Shown here piece by piece: positions 50,801 through 63,629 of a stretch of DNA of 64,000 bases. Numbering within the stretch: position 1 is the first letter of the stretch; the number at the start of each line of letters is the position of its first letter. This DNA comes from Klebsormidium nitens (Eukaryota > Plantae > Klebsormidiophyceae), in assembly GCA_000708835.1 (NCBI GenBank), contig DF237253.1, positions 43,291 through 107,290 of the forward strand. Reading direction: 5' to 3'. Under the pieces are notes generated by a model. It had not been told where the DNA came from. It saw only the letters and a program-made list of their open reading frames with translations, and searched no databases. The position numbers and the translations under genes are program-made.

Positions 50801-53618
50801 TGGGTTACCTGGCTACTGGAAAAAGAAGTTTGGACGTGACATGAAAGGGCCGCCGATTCGTTCATTCCGAGCAACTGTCGTTCGTTTCTGAAGGGTGGTG
50901 AGGAAAGGACTTGATGGGCACAGCCAATTCCGAAGGTCTTACAATGGATCTGAGACTCGGGGCCGTCAGAATGGTAGAAAAGGGTTGCGTTCAACTATGT
51001 ATCCGAACTGATTGTCTGATTTATATTACTGCAGCGTATTGTTCAAACCCCTGTAAAGATGGCATGTTCCCGGCCGTGTTTCTGCGACGTAAAATAGTCT
51101 CCTTTGTCCGGTGTTCTAGCGATTGCGTACGCTTCAATCGACATGATGATGGGAAAAGGCCCGAAAAATACCGACTTCGTTTCAGCGCGATTCTTCCAAG
51201 CAGGACCACCCCTGGAGAGGAATAGATGGCACGGGGCGTGCCAGAGGGAATCCTTGTAATATGCAATAACCATTGCAGTCGACCCAAGCTCTGTTGGTCA
51301 CACTGAAGGCATCCGTCGTTAACCATTACACCCCACCCGTTGTGGTTCTCTTGAGAGTGAACCTGACACGAATATCTGGTCTGCTTCAAGGAGGCCTGCA
51401 ATCAAGGAAGCCTGAAGAAAAAGCGTGTGCGATCTTCGATTCAAATCCAGAAGCTTTGTCCAACCACGGTGAACTCCAGCACTTTCTTTCTCTGTTTCTC
51501 GAACAGGTCCGCCATAAGAACCTGGTCCATTTCATCGGGGCCTGTAACGAAGCCGACGAACGGCTCCTCGTCTTCGAGTTCGTCTCGGGGGGCAGCCTCG
51601 ACCAGCGGCTCCGTTCCGCCCGCGAGAGCGGCATTCCGTTCCTCTCGTGGACGGAACGGATGGCCGTCATCCAGGGGGTCTGCCGCGGCCTGGCGTATTT
51701 ACACCACGACATCTCCCCCCCCCTGCTGCACCGCGACATCAAAGCCTCGAACATTCTGCTCAAGGGGGGGGGCTCGAACGTAGCGCCAAGAGGGGGGGGC
51801 TCCGACGAGAACATCATGGGGGGGTCATCGAACACGGTTTACGAGGGGGGGGGAAGATTGGAGGCGTGCATCGCGGACTTTGGCCTCGCGCATCTGATGG
51901 AAGATGCGGAGTCCGGGCGCGATACGACGTCAGCTGTCAAGGGGACGCTGCCGTATATGGCACCCGAATACTTGCAGGTGGGTTTGCGAACTCGGTTAAG
52001 GCAACCGAATTCCTGCGTTGTCTTAGTGCCTCGTCTCGTCCGTCACAAGGGACGTCGTCTGTGACGTCATCCGACTTCGGCGACCTTTGAAGGGCGACGT
52101 TGTACCGGGCTTTCCTTCCTGTTATGTTGCCCTGAAGGGGTGGTTACAGGGTGGCGTGTTACTGTTGCAGAGTTTATCAGACGCGTACATTACCCTGTTG
52201 AAAGTACCTGGTTAGACGCCTACTTTCACTTCACGCGGTTGCAGAGTCGAACGCGGCTCAAAAGGTCTTTCTCGCTTTTGGCCTCCCTTCGCCTCCTGTG
52301 CTGTACACTTCTTGTATCACCGAAGCTGACCTGTCTCCAACCTGTCACCGAACAAAAACAACCGTTCCACAGCCACTCCTAAAACTCGTCTCGTTTGGCC
52401 CCATGGGCAACTGAGTCGTGGTTATCAAGGCCTGATATTATGATTAGAAGCTCCTTGAATGATAAGGTGTGATCAATGGGCAGATACAAACTGGACACCC
52501 TAGCCCAGTCATCGATGCGCTCCGCACCCGGATCCACCCCGGCCCCAAGCTAATCCCACCCGTCCTTGGGCGGGTCGTTATGTTTTGAAGACATCGAAAA
52601 CCAACTTATTTAAATTCCTTTCTAGGGTGGTTCCAGTTTCTGTCCACGAAGTGCGACATCTACTGATCTTTCTGCGTGCTGCGCTGGTTCTTGAGGTCAC
52701 GGCATACTCAACACGTCACTGATAGAAAAGTCACCCTTTCTGAAAGTCTTTTCAATCCGCCCCTTACGCAACCGCGTCATTCTCTGCGGGGCGGTTCCCA
52801 GTTCCTGTCCACAAAGTGTGACCTCTACTCGTTTGGGCGCGCTGACGGCGGAGCTCTTGAGCGGCCGCGCGACTACGGCATACTCAACCCGTCACTGATA
52901 AGAATGCGTTCCTTTCCTAAACCTCTTTCCAATCCGCCCCTTAGGCAACCGCGTCATTTTCTTTGTACGGCGGTTCCCAGTTCTTGTCCACCAAGTGCGA
53001 CGACGTCTCCTTTCGGCGTGCTGACGCCGGAGCCACAGTCACGGCATACTCAAGCCCGTGAATTGTTCAAGAAAACGACCCTGCTTAAAAACTCTTCTCC
53101 ATCCGGCCCATACGCTTTCTCTGCAGGGTGGTTCCCAGTTCCTGTCCACAAAATGTGACGTCTACTCCTTCGGCGTGCTGACGCTGGAGCTCCTGAGCGG
53201 CCGCGTCGTCACCGCGCGCGCGCCCGACGCGCGCGCGCGCTTCGAGCCGCTCCCCGCGCGCGCGGCGCGCCTCGTCGCCGAGGGGCGCGGCCTCGCGTTC
53301 ATCGACGTGGCGGTCTGGGACGCGTTCCGCGTGCGCGAGGCGGACTGCTGTCTCCAAACTGCGCTGGAATGCCTCCGGGGGGATCCCTCTGCGCGGCCCA
53401 CGATGGAGCAGATCAGCCTGCGGCTGAGGTTGCTGGCGCCCGAAATGGGGGGGTCGGAACCGCCGCTGCTTTCGGGGGAGGAAAGTGCGTCGACCATATG
53501 GCCGCGAAGTTCCGTGGAGGGGAGTTCGAGTGGACAGCTGTCGAGTGCGGCCTGGGACTCATTACCGTCGCATTCGATGACGCAAGCCGTGCCCTTTCAA
53601 TTCCTCGATGGAAGATAG
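47828..53618 (+). CDS. LRR receptor-like Ser/Thr kinase (RD type), with one +1 frameshift in exon 1 as assembled
   Basis: Signal peptide, 14 full 24-aa plant LRRs, Pro-rich stalk and TM followed by YRRRKR. Exons: 47828-49601 (shift at the T5 run 49159-49163), 50523-50732 (GSGSFGTVY..VAIK), 51507-51977 (HRDIKASN, DFG, GTLPYMAPE) and 53127-53618 (DVYSFGV). Confidence 0.9.
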
Positions 53619-55064
53619 CAACTCGATTCGAGGAATCGAATGTGTTCTGAATGTCTGGGATTTTGAGCGTCTGGCACGTGCAGCTCAACCCGCCACTAAG
53701 CTGGGTTTGCAGACTAGCATACCGTTCGCCTCAGAGGCCGGCTGGCATATACTTTCATGGGAAAGCGATAAAGGGACTGGTACAAAGGGTTAGCATGACG
53801 TAGTCGGTTTGTTGCGCTTGAAGCTTTTTGGAGGCGCGTGCTTCAAGAGGGCGTCGTTAAATCCGCCGCGCGGCGGGCGATCCGATAGCCCCGTAATACG
53901 TCAGCTGGCGATTCGAGTAGCTTTACTTGGGCGGACCACGTGATCGATCTCTCAGCGCTACGAGCGCGCTGCAAAACCCGCTTGGCCCCTTAAACTCGCA
54001 CCCAATATGTTTTCGACATAGTGTTCAACAGCTACGATGCAAAGAAGTTGGGGATTACAATATATTGTCAAATTCCAGAAGCCTGGTTCGCATGCACCTC
54101 ATTCGTTGCAGATTGGCCGCCGTGTAACACAAGTCTTAAGTTGGGTCCGCTGTTGAAGTACGTGCCCAACTCGAGACGTATAGTTCGACAATGCCTTCTG
54201 TAAAGAACAAAGGTCATACCAGGCTACCAGTCATGCGAGCGGATTCAGTTGGAGCACAAACTTCAACCTTGATGAAAGTCAAATTATGGCGTCATCATAT
54301 CATATGCAGTCCGACGGACATGCATATGATGCGCTGCATATATAGCGCTATGGGCTCGGCAGGCCGGCTAAGTTTTCTTGTACATGCAAGACGATCATTT
54401 AGAGAATTATAAGTTTCATTAGGTCACAGTGACATGTGCAACAAAAATACTATGCATCGATCCAATCATTTGCATCACTTCAATGCACGCAGTGTCATAC
54501 ATACTACAATGATTTTGCCGCTGCATGCCATGTCGGGGCTCACTGAGCTTACACGTGAGCCCGCCGCCGGCTACCGTCTGCATGTTGCTCGACTCGATCA
54601 CTGAGGACATATAGGATCTTCGAAGTTGCAGGCCGGCGCAGCCATGAGTCATCTAAAAGAAAAATCAACGATCCGACGCCCTAGCTTACTAGTTATATTC
54701 TAATGATTATATCTTAGTATTGAACGCCTGGTCGGCGCAGCTCAGTGAGCTGAAGCGCGGCCAGCTGGGGCCAACAGCGTGCCTCGGACTCAGCACGCTA
54801 GGCTCTAGCTCTGTCCACAATGACGGAATGTGCTGAAGGAATGATCGCGCCACATGATGCCTTACTGAATCTTCATCATTGCCAGCGCATGGTAAGCTCA
54901 TACATGCAAATGTTTCATATACGAGTTAGCTAGTTATGAGCTAGGCAGCTCATCCGCTCAGGCACGTTGCCCACTGTATATGCAAGCTAGTTGTCCGGGT
55001 GGTCATGACCGTCGTTCTCTAGCTACTTTCAATGCCGTAGCCTCTAGTTTTATTCATATATTTC

Positions 55065-55935
55065 GTCCGTCAAGATGCGAGTGCGACTGTTTGACGTGCT
55101 AGTGGGGCCTAATCTCTCGGGTACGGCGGAGAAATTTGGGGCCCAGTTCTAGGGCCAGAGTACGGCTGGAACGGAAATGGCGACAAAACGGAAAAAGTGC
55201 ATCGAGCGTTCCTTAGGGGGCTTTTGCGGCTTAGGAAAAGCACTTTGTCAAGGCGGTGCTCGGCGAGTTTGGACGGTTCCCCCTAAATCTTTTGCGGTGG
55301 CAGCGCACGATTGCATTTGTGAATCGGGTAGAGAGTTTATATCGAACGACCGTCTTGTCAAGGCTGCCTTCGAGGAGTCTAGAGAGATGTGGCGTTCGGG
55401 TCGAGGGGGCTGGTTTGCAGATGTGGTTAGATGTGCTCAGGAGCTGGTGTCAGACGCAGCTTTGGCGCGTGGCTTTGACAGGAAAGATCTCTCCAAAACA
55501 GCGGAACTAGCTTATATGCAAGATTTGCGTGAAGCTTCGGGGACTCGTTATTGTACGTACTTCGAGATGGTGAAGGTTGGCTACTCGTTCGAGAGGTATC
55601 TTGAACTGTTAGTTCACTCTCCCGCGCTGGTATCCTCTTTAGCGAGATTTAGAGCTGGCTCACACAAGCCTTTAGAAATTGAAGTGGGTCGATGGAAAGC
55701 CTGGTTTGCCTCGAGAGGATAGGCTTTGTAAGCTGTGCGGAACGGGCGCAGTTGAGGATGAAGTGCATTTCATCTTTGATTGCCCAGCTTACAATGACAT
55801 TAGACAGGCCTTTCAAATAGCGTTCGACCATAGCGACTGGAGAAGCCTGAATAGCTTTCTCAACCAAGAGGACCAGTTTGCTGTAGCTAAATTTGTCCAT
55901 TTCAATGTGCACATTAAGACGCTCAGAGATCGTAA
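55065..55935 (+). mobile_element. 5'-truncated, frameshifted non-LTR retrotransposon (LINE) ORF2 C-terminal fragment
   Basis: Across frames: LFDVLV.P..YGGEIWG, FLRGLLRLRKST, AVLGEFGRFPL, LARFRAGSH, LEIEVGRW and CKLCGTGAVEDEVHFIFDC (CCHC). These are typical post-RT motifs of LINE ORF2. Confidence 0.85.
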
Positions 55936-57007
55936 GTATGAGAACCGTCGACTAAGCATGTCATGGCTCCAAACCGACGTTAATAAACAATCAACAATTA
56001 ATGTTTCTATACTATACGGTATAGCCACATGGGCCGTGGGCCTCCATGGCAAAGCATGATACATTCGGGTTGATTTGAGTTACGATTGCCTAGCTATTCT
56101 ATCCGACATGTTTGCATGTCGAGTGCCCGTCCGGCCAGAAGCCCAAGTCGAACTAAATTTGAGTGTCGTGTCGATTATGCTGTCCGTTGGGGTTGCAGCA
56201 AACCCCAAGAAAAACTCGTCAACACGGTTGTCGAGTTAGATACTTAAGGCTTTTTGATCCTTTTGCAACCCGGATCATCTGATCAACAATCACCTGAATA
56301 TTCTCCAGCGGCTGCAGCAACAAGTCGACTGATTGAACAGTAACTTGTGACGCACAAAGGCACAAAGGCACACATCAGGTTGTATCGTATACCACTATTT
56401 GCAAAACGTCCATAGCACACGTGCAATCTGAAAGCTGGTGCTAAGCCTGGCGACAGCATGGACCAATTATGTACCTCGCCCAAAAGCTCCTAACGAATCA
56501 GAGGTCCCCTGAGATCTTTCGCTATAGACACCATAAGGACATGCCATCCTATCCCAAAGTTCAGCCAGCCCCGAAGAAAGATCATCAAACGTCCTGTTGC
56601 ACATCTTCAGTTCACTAGACAAACATGCCCGTAGTCACAGAACCAATTTTCGACGGCTCTGTTGCCCTAGCCAAATGCCAGAGTGTGGCAGGTGGCTTCC
56701 ACTGCGTCCTTCCATCCATCAGCTCTTGCCCTCTGGTGCATCTCCTCGGGAAAATTCATCCTGCATAGGTTGGAATAGGCTATGAGCAGCAAACAAAATT
56801 TGGCTGATCGAATATTGATCTGCTGCAATAGCAAGTCATGACGAACAATGCCTGCACCCGACTGCAATTGATGCACATCCTCCACAAACCCCGAGCTGGA
56901 GGGTCTCCCTTCCTGCAGTAAAGTCCCACTGCAAGTAGAACGCACTCTTACAGAGTCTTCCAGACCACTAAGATTTGACCAACAGCTTAGACAGCACTAA
57001 GAGGAGC

Positions 57008-57805
57008 TTACTCTCTTCCGACAAAGGAGTCCACATACTCCTTGTAATCCTCCTTGTCCTTGAAGTACTTGCCCCTTGGCTTCTTGGGGGGGAAGTCGGC
57101 ATACGTGACGTATCTTGCCCCTGCTCAAGGACAAAGGAGACGGGAACTCAGTACAGATCTCCGTGGTAGCAAATTGAGCAGCACAGCTAGAGAGACAACC
57201 ACCGTTGTTGACGAAACGTGTACAGACTAACCGTGTACAGGCTTAGCCCTGCGTTAAAAGCAGAAAGAGGCGCTAGGACCAGAAGCTTCTAGGCAGGTGG
57301 TCGAACTAAAGATGGATAACCCATTCATGACACAACTCTGAGAGACGACAACTGCATTGCCCCTCTGCACGAATAACATCAACGGATTTTGTTACTGGTA
57401 ACCTCCTTCAAAACCTACCAAGACAGTGTGTAGAAAATACAAACTGAAGATGGACAAATCCATGTTCTTGAAGAACTACGCTCATTGAGGCCCCAAGAAT
57501 CTCTCACCATCTTTGTACAGCTCGGGTGGCTCTTCAGGCTCTGCATAGGGTTCTCCGTTCGCAGGCCTCCTGCAGAGAGGGTGGTCCGGGGGGATGATCG
57601 GGGGTAGGAAAGGGGGTAGAGCCTGCTTCTTTGGCATGTGGGCTGAAGGCCCAGGCTGCATTCCAGAGTCCCCACCAGGCTGCATTCCGGAGTCCCCACC
57701 GGGCTGCGTTGCAGAGGAAGCCGCACTTGGAATAGGAGAGGCCCTGACCGTCCGCGGGAAGAGTGGTGCAGGCTCCTGAGCAGCAGCTTGTGCACTCGGC
57801 TGCTC
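57008..57805 (-). CDS. Two exons of a spliced gene of unknown function
   Basis: Exon 57805-57508 (EQPSAQ..PGGDSGMQPGGDSGMQ..PELYKD) and exon 57120-57012 (GARYVTYADFPPKKPRGKYFKDKEDYKEYVDSFVGR) have CAG acceptors, GTGAG/GTAAG donors and matching phase. Start and end not resolved. Confidence 0.5.
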
Positions 57806-59496
57806 CTGTGTAGCAAGTAGGAGAACAGAACACAGATCAGGTCAATATGACATCTGCAAACTCGACATGACTACCGTCGACCATGGAAGGCAAGGACCAA
57901 ACAACAAAGCGGAAGTCTCTGCAAAACTGGGCCAAGCAGTTCATCTGAAACAACGGTTTCTTCAACCGAAACACACACACACACACAAGTGCCCCGTCAT
58001 GAGGCAACAAGCAAAGAGGGTATCATTTTGCACGGATGCCCCCAATCTCGCAGCAAGGGGCACTGCACCTTCTGCCCCAAATAAGCCTCTCCGTCCACGG
58101 ATCTATTTGCGGGCGTTAATGCATAATGGGGGATTGCGGGAGTCCCACAGAATTGCATCAACCCTCCATGCTATCTCAGCTTGATTCCCAGAGTGCATGA
58201 AAGATGCATACGCTGGTGTTCAAACGATAGTTAGGTTTTGCATTGCGATTTGAGCCACAGCAAAGAGTTCTGTTGAAACGACACCAGGGCTGATTTCCAA
58301 TGGCTGCCGCTGAGAGAAATGGCCCCAAACCACTTTGAAAGGAGCTTGTCAGCATCAAGAAAAGAAATGAAGACCATACACTTTTGAATGTTCGAAGTAG
58401 CCCTTGAAAATCGTCTCTCAAGCAATAAAAGACAACTAGCTGTGCTCAAACCCTGCCCAGCCCTTCACAGAATAACTGATCGGCTTTCCAATCAAGTGAT
58501 TTGCTGAGATTGCTGAAAAGGGGTGGAGAACCTGCCAAGCAATTACGAAAGACGAGCTTGATGTGCCTATCCGGCATTAACAAAAACCCTGGTCCCGCGC
58601 TTGACTTTCCATCAGATGTTAACTTGCAAAGCACATCTTCCCACTGGCATCCAAAATGCTGCAGATAGGCAAGAACACGAGTTTCTGCAGACAACAGAAC
58701 GTCAACTTGCAAGTCGCTCTGCTGACATGCTACTTTCTAAGATTGACGAAGAGACCCCGTCCGCGACCAACCTGTATCTCTATGACACCCAGAAAGTTCC
58801 ACAATAAGTGTCTTCCTGCACACATGCTTCTGCCAATCATCAATTCTGCACACCAACCATTGGTCGGCCTGGAGTTTGGTCACATACAGTGAGTAACGTG
58901 AAAACCGGGAAGCTCGGAGCTGAAACGAGATGGTCGATGTTTGTTAGCCTGTACGCCTATTCGCTTACCCGGGTGGGGATGCCGGGATCATGTACGGTAC
59001 TACTCAGGGCACTAGTCGGAGACTACGGTACGTTCGGTACCGTCTGCCGGTAACGCCCGGTACAAAAAGGAAACGACCAAATGCATGATGTGACGGTACC
59101 TAGCTGCAGCACGTGTTTTGGCAGACCCGGCCGCCTGAGAGTAAGCCCTAAGTTCCAAACATCGGAAGTCTGGGAAGTGCTCAGAGGACTAGCCTAAGTT
59201 ATTCCGGCAGCCCGACAGTGGCAGACCCCAGAAATTTTAAATCTCAGCCTCGAAGAGCGCTAGCTAGCTAGCTTGTATAGCTCGCACCTCGTTCAGCAGG
59301 GGTCTAAGAGTTGGAAATCTTACATAGACAGTGGACAAGCGTGCCAGCTGCAGTTTTGAAAGTGACGGCCATTTGCGCCGCGGCCTGCATAGCGCCTGTA
59401 TGCAGGGTTGTGTAGGACAGTGCAAAGCTGTGAATAGCATGCTTGACCTGGCATTCCAATAGCCATACACAGGCCATATAGTAGTACTGCCCGACC

Positions 59497-61154
59497 ATGG
59501 CAGCTCCTCCTGTACCACCTCAACAACCACCAAACGTGACGTTACGCCGTCTTTGGGAAGCAGGAGATTGGGACCTGAATGCCCTTCGAGGCNNNNNNNN
59601 NNNNNNNNNNNNNNNNNNNNNNNNNNNNNNNNNNNNNNNNNNNNNNNNNNNNNNNNNNNNNNNNNNNNNNNNNNNNNNNNNNNNNNNNNNNNNNNNNNNN
59701 NNNNNNNNNNNNNNNNNNNNNNNNNNNNNNNNNNNNNNNNNNNNNNNNNNNNNNNNNNNNNNNNNNNNNNNNNNNNNNNNNNNNNNNNNNNNNNNNNNNN
59801 NNNNNNNNNNNNNNNNNNNNNNNNNNNNNNNNNNNNNNNNNNNNNNNNNNNNNNNNNNNNNNNNNNNNNNNNNNNNNNNNNNNNNNNNNNNNNNNNNNNN
59901 NNNNNNNNNNNNNNNNNNNNNNNNNNNNNNNNNNNNNNNNNNNNNNNNNNNNNNNNNNNNNNNNNNNNNNNNNNNNNNNNNNNNNNNNNNNNNNNNNNNN
60001 NNNNNNNNNNNNNNNNNNNNNNNNNNNNNNNNNNNNNNNNNNNNNNNNNNNNNNNNNNNNNNNNNNNNNNNNNNNNNNNNNNNNNNNNNNNNNNNNNNNN
60101 NNNNNNNNNNNNNNNNNNNNNNNNNNNNNNNNNNNNNNNNNNNNNNNNNNNNNNNNNNNNNNNNNNNNNNNNNNNNNNNNNNNNNNNNNNNNNNNNNNNN
60201 NNNNNNNNNNNNNNAACACAGATAAGCTTGGCTGCATCGAACGGCGAAGCCGAACACAACTTATCCTGAACGGTGACATCGGCTTACTGAGACCGATCCA
60301 TCCGGGATATTACGCCGTCTTCAGACAGCCACGCAGTGCGTCGTTAAGACGTAACCACCGCCGTTTCGCTAACTCGCGGTCAACGAAATCCTGTCGAGAA
60401 CGAGGTTAGGCTTAACCAGTCGTAATCGTTACAGAGGCGGAGGCATCACAGCTAGAGTCAGAGATCGTCGGGAATGGGACTATGAACATACGGATACTGG
60501 TGGCCCAGGCCACATACCAGCACAGATAATAGTCCACCACACACTCGATCCCGACTTCCTCGTCAACGATGATGGCACTCCCATCCCTTACAATGGCGGG
60601 GATACATTGCACCTGGGTTCGTTCCGGGACCAAATGCGGCCATGTACCTTCCCACCACTTATGTGAATGGGCCTGGAGCAAATGCGTGGCAGAACCACGT
60701 CCGCCAACACTTTCCGGCTGGCGCAATTATTCAAGATCCGTGGCCCTACAGCTCATCAGGTGTGGCCGCCCCTGGGCAAGTCGTTGATGAGACGACTGGG
60801 CACCGAATCTTCTCTTTCAAATCTCTGACTCGCTTGTCGGAACAGCCTGGGTGCTTGAAGCATCACTTCAATGGCATCTGGGTCGGTTATGGTAACCCAG
60901 ATCCAGCAAACCAGCGCAGAGCGAGTCGCACCGTCTTTCACGGGGTGTGGGATGCTGTACACAACCTCGTAAATCTTTACCCTGTCATCAACCCAGGGGG
61001 AACCGGGTTCCAAACGTCCTTCGGGTGGACTGACTTTGACATGGGGATGTACACAATCCTGCTAAGCTCCTATGAGCGTATGTACCACGCTGAGATGTCT
61101 GGATGGGCAGGCACTGCCAATGCCCCGGTTTACCTCTACGACTACCCGGGTTGA
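59497..61154 (+). CDS. Hypothetical protein spanning the gap, with an apparent frameshift
   Basis: MAAPPVPPQQPP.. precedes the gap. After it, RNRYRGGG..GTPIPYNGG (from ~60421) joins the 170-aa ORF 60642-61154 if one G is added to the run at 60598-60601. No family recognised. Confidence 0.45.
59593..60214. other. Assembly gap (622 N)
   Basis: Run of N. Confidence 1.
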
Positions 61155-62204
61155 CTACTGTACTCACGTAAGCTTGGCAGGTCTACTCGTAGGGGATTGA
61201 TAGCTCAACCAAACGCGGCCGCTGTGTACAGTGTACGCCGTCCTAGTACGCGGTTGCTATTTTGAATTCAGAACGACAATACTGTAGGGCTGTGCTAGTG
61301 ACGCTCAAGACTTGCAACAATGCAAATCAACTCTGAGCTTTTCAAATCCGGACGTGCGGCAGATTGTCCGGAGGCAGGTTATCAGAACCACAGCTCAGTG
61401 TTACCATCAGGGATTGGTAGACCAACGATTCTTTGGATTTTTTGCACTCTTTGAGGTGACTCAATCTCGATATAGGCTAAGATTTATTTTAGGATACTCG
61501 ATACTGTCGGCCCCACAAATTAACGAGCTCCATAGCTCGTTTGTGAGAGTAGAGAAAGCAATCATTTATTGAAAGTTGATACCCGGGCTACCGACCATGC
61601 ACATGCATATGCACGCACATACAGAGCAACGTGGTATTCACATCTGACGTGTTTTTGATCTGTATGCGCAATCAAGCAAATCAAGCTTAACGTTACAGAT
61701 CACGTCCTTCATAATCGCTTCTCAGACCTTTAACAAAATATCTTCTTTCCTTTATGTCCTTTGACAGGACGTATACTAGGTTGCATAGATGTTTATGAGC
61801 CGCGAATGAAGTCAACAAGCTTCCGTAAAATACCTTGATTTAGAAACATTTTAGATTTGATTACTCATACCTCAGGTAAAGCAAGTCTAGAAGTATCACG
61901 AATTGTCAATCAGCGTACGAGGCAGTATATGAATGCACATGCTCAAACGCATCTTAAAATCCCAATGGCCGGGGCAGCTGCGCTCAAGCATGCTGTTGTG
62001 TTATTGCAATTGCTGAAGCCTACTGTCATGCACCTAGAATCAGAATCGTTTTAGGTGTTGTACACCGCGTAGTGGACTTCTCAAAGTCCAGGACCGTTCG
62101 CAACTCAGTGGCATGGACTACAATTCTCGTACCACTGCAGTATTGTAACAAAATCTGATTCCACACATCCATGTACATATCTTGATATATAATCAGTCGA
62201 TCGT

Positions 62205-62510
62205 AGTCTATATCAACCAACATTGGGTGAGACCTTTCAACCAGCCCGTGGCCGGTTGACGGGGATCAGACCCCGGTGGAGCGGCCCGTCAGCCAGGCCC
62301 GGTCTAGTTGAATTGGCGCCTCGAAGAGTTTGGTTGTATGGTTGGGCCCTGATTGATTGACTGGTTGACTCCTGTGAAAACGCGTTGTGCCGGCCTGTAC
62401 GTCAACCAGGGCAGGTTTGGTTGACGGGATTGTTAACCAGAGAACGCTTGACGCTCAATTACCAGAAAATGGTTGGCGCATGGTCAACGCCTGGCTAAGT
62501 GTTGAACGAG
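62205..62510. repeat. Cluster of GTTGAC/GTCAAC-like motifs in both orientations (transposon subterminal-like)
   Basis: About 9 GTTGAC/GTCAAC/GTTAAC-like hexamers within 300 bp of non-coding DNA. Confidence 0.5.
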
Positions 62511-63629
62511 CGGTAACAAGAGACTGCGAGCCTTCAATGGAGATTCAAAGGTGGATCCTCTCACCCACGCAGTGACGCAAGCTTGCGACTTTCGCTCGAA
62601 AAACAGCAATGAGGCTCGAGAAAGTTGGCACTTAGAGAAGCTTAGAAAGCGCCACTGCAAAGAGGCAATGACAAGGCTAAGCGACACTGAGTTGCTTTCA
62701 CAAGGTAAAAAACCGTACGCGGCAAATCCGGCAGGGAATGGAAAGATTGTCGTCTCCGGAATCGTTCCAAGAGCTTTTACCTTGCGGTTGACTGGCATGT
62801 AGCAGCTGCTTAGTAGCCGAAGCTGCTTGTTTATGAAACTTATTGAAAGGGAGGGCAACGACCGTTCAAAAACGTAAGTAAGGTCGGCGTTTCCGGTAAA
62901 GCCAAGACGACAAAAAGAAAAGATTGGCATTTAGGAAACATATGATTGAGAGCAGATCACTCGACCATCATCGAGGCGACCAAGTCGACAACGCGAGCAA
63001 AGACTAGTTGCATGCTCACTGTATCAACAAGTGTCCTGCTTGTCAGAGGCTAGGCCGATAACGCGTTCTCTTTGAGCGTACGATCTGCCAAGAAGGAACA
63101 AGAAGCTGGAACCTTGGCTTTTAATCGGGCCGAAATTCTTGCAAAGGAAGCGCGCAAACACTCACAACAAGCTCACCGCGGGGTAGACGAGCTTTAAGAC
63201 GCACTTCCATTCGTGCACCCGATGCTTCTTCGCCGCGCGCATGAGGTGCAGAATTGAATCGAGCAACCATCATGATGACCAGACGCTGACACTTGTTTCT
63301 GACGTCTCCTTCTCCAGACCTCTTTTAGACTTCAACTTCGGAACGTAACTATCGGTGATTCTTAACGGGCTGAAAATGTGGAGTTGAAATGCACATGTCC
63401 GAATTCAAAGCGTCTGACCTTATTCACGTTCATTTCCATCGCCCGAACAAAGTCGGCCACTATGCTAAGGTCCGCCTTCTTTAACCTCAGAACACAAGAT
63501 CTGTCCGCCGAGCTTTTGCAAGTACGCTCTGGCCAGCCCCATATCGATGGTAACGTACACAATCCTGGGCATTCTGGAGGATGGACAAGAGAAAACTAGG
63601 TGCAGCACAAGGGGAAGAAGAGCAGTCCG

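Noticed and set aside
59264-60409. Long ORFs in the track spanning the N run
   Set aside because: Artefacts of translating N as X.
60421-61154. Calling the orphan protein a viral capsid
   Set aside because: Only compositional resemblance; no diagnostic motif or neighbouring viral hallmark gene.
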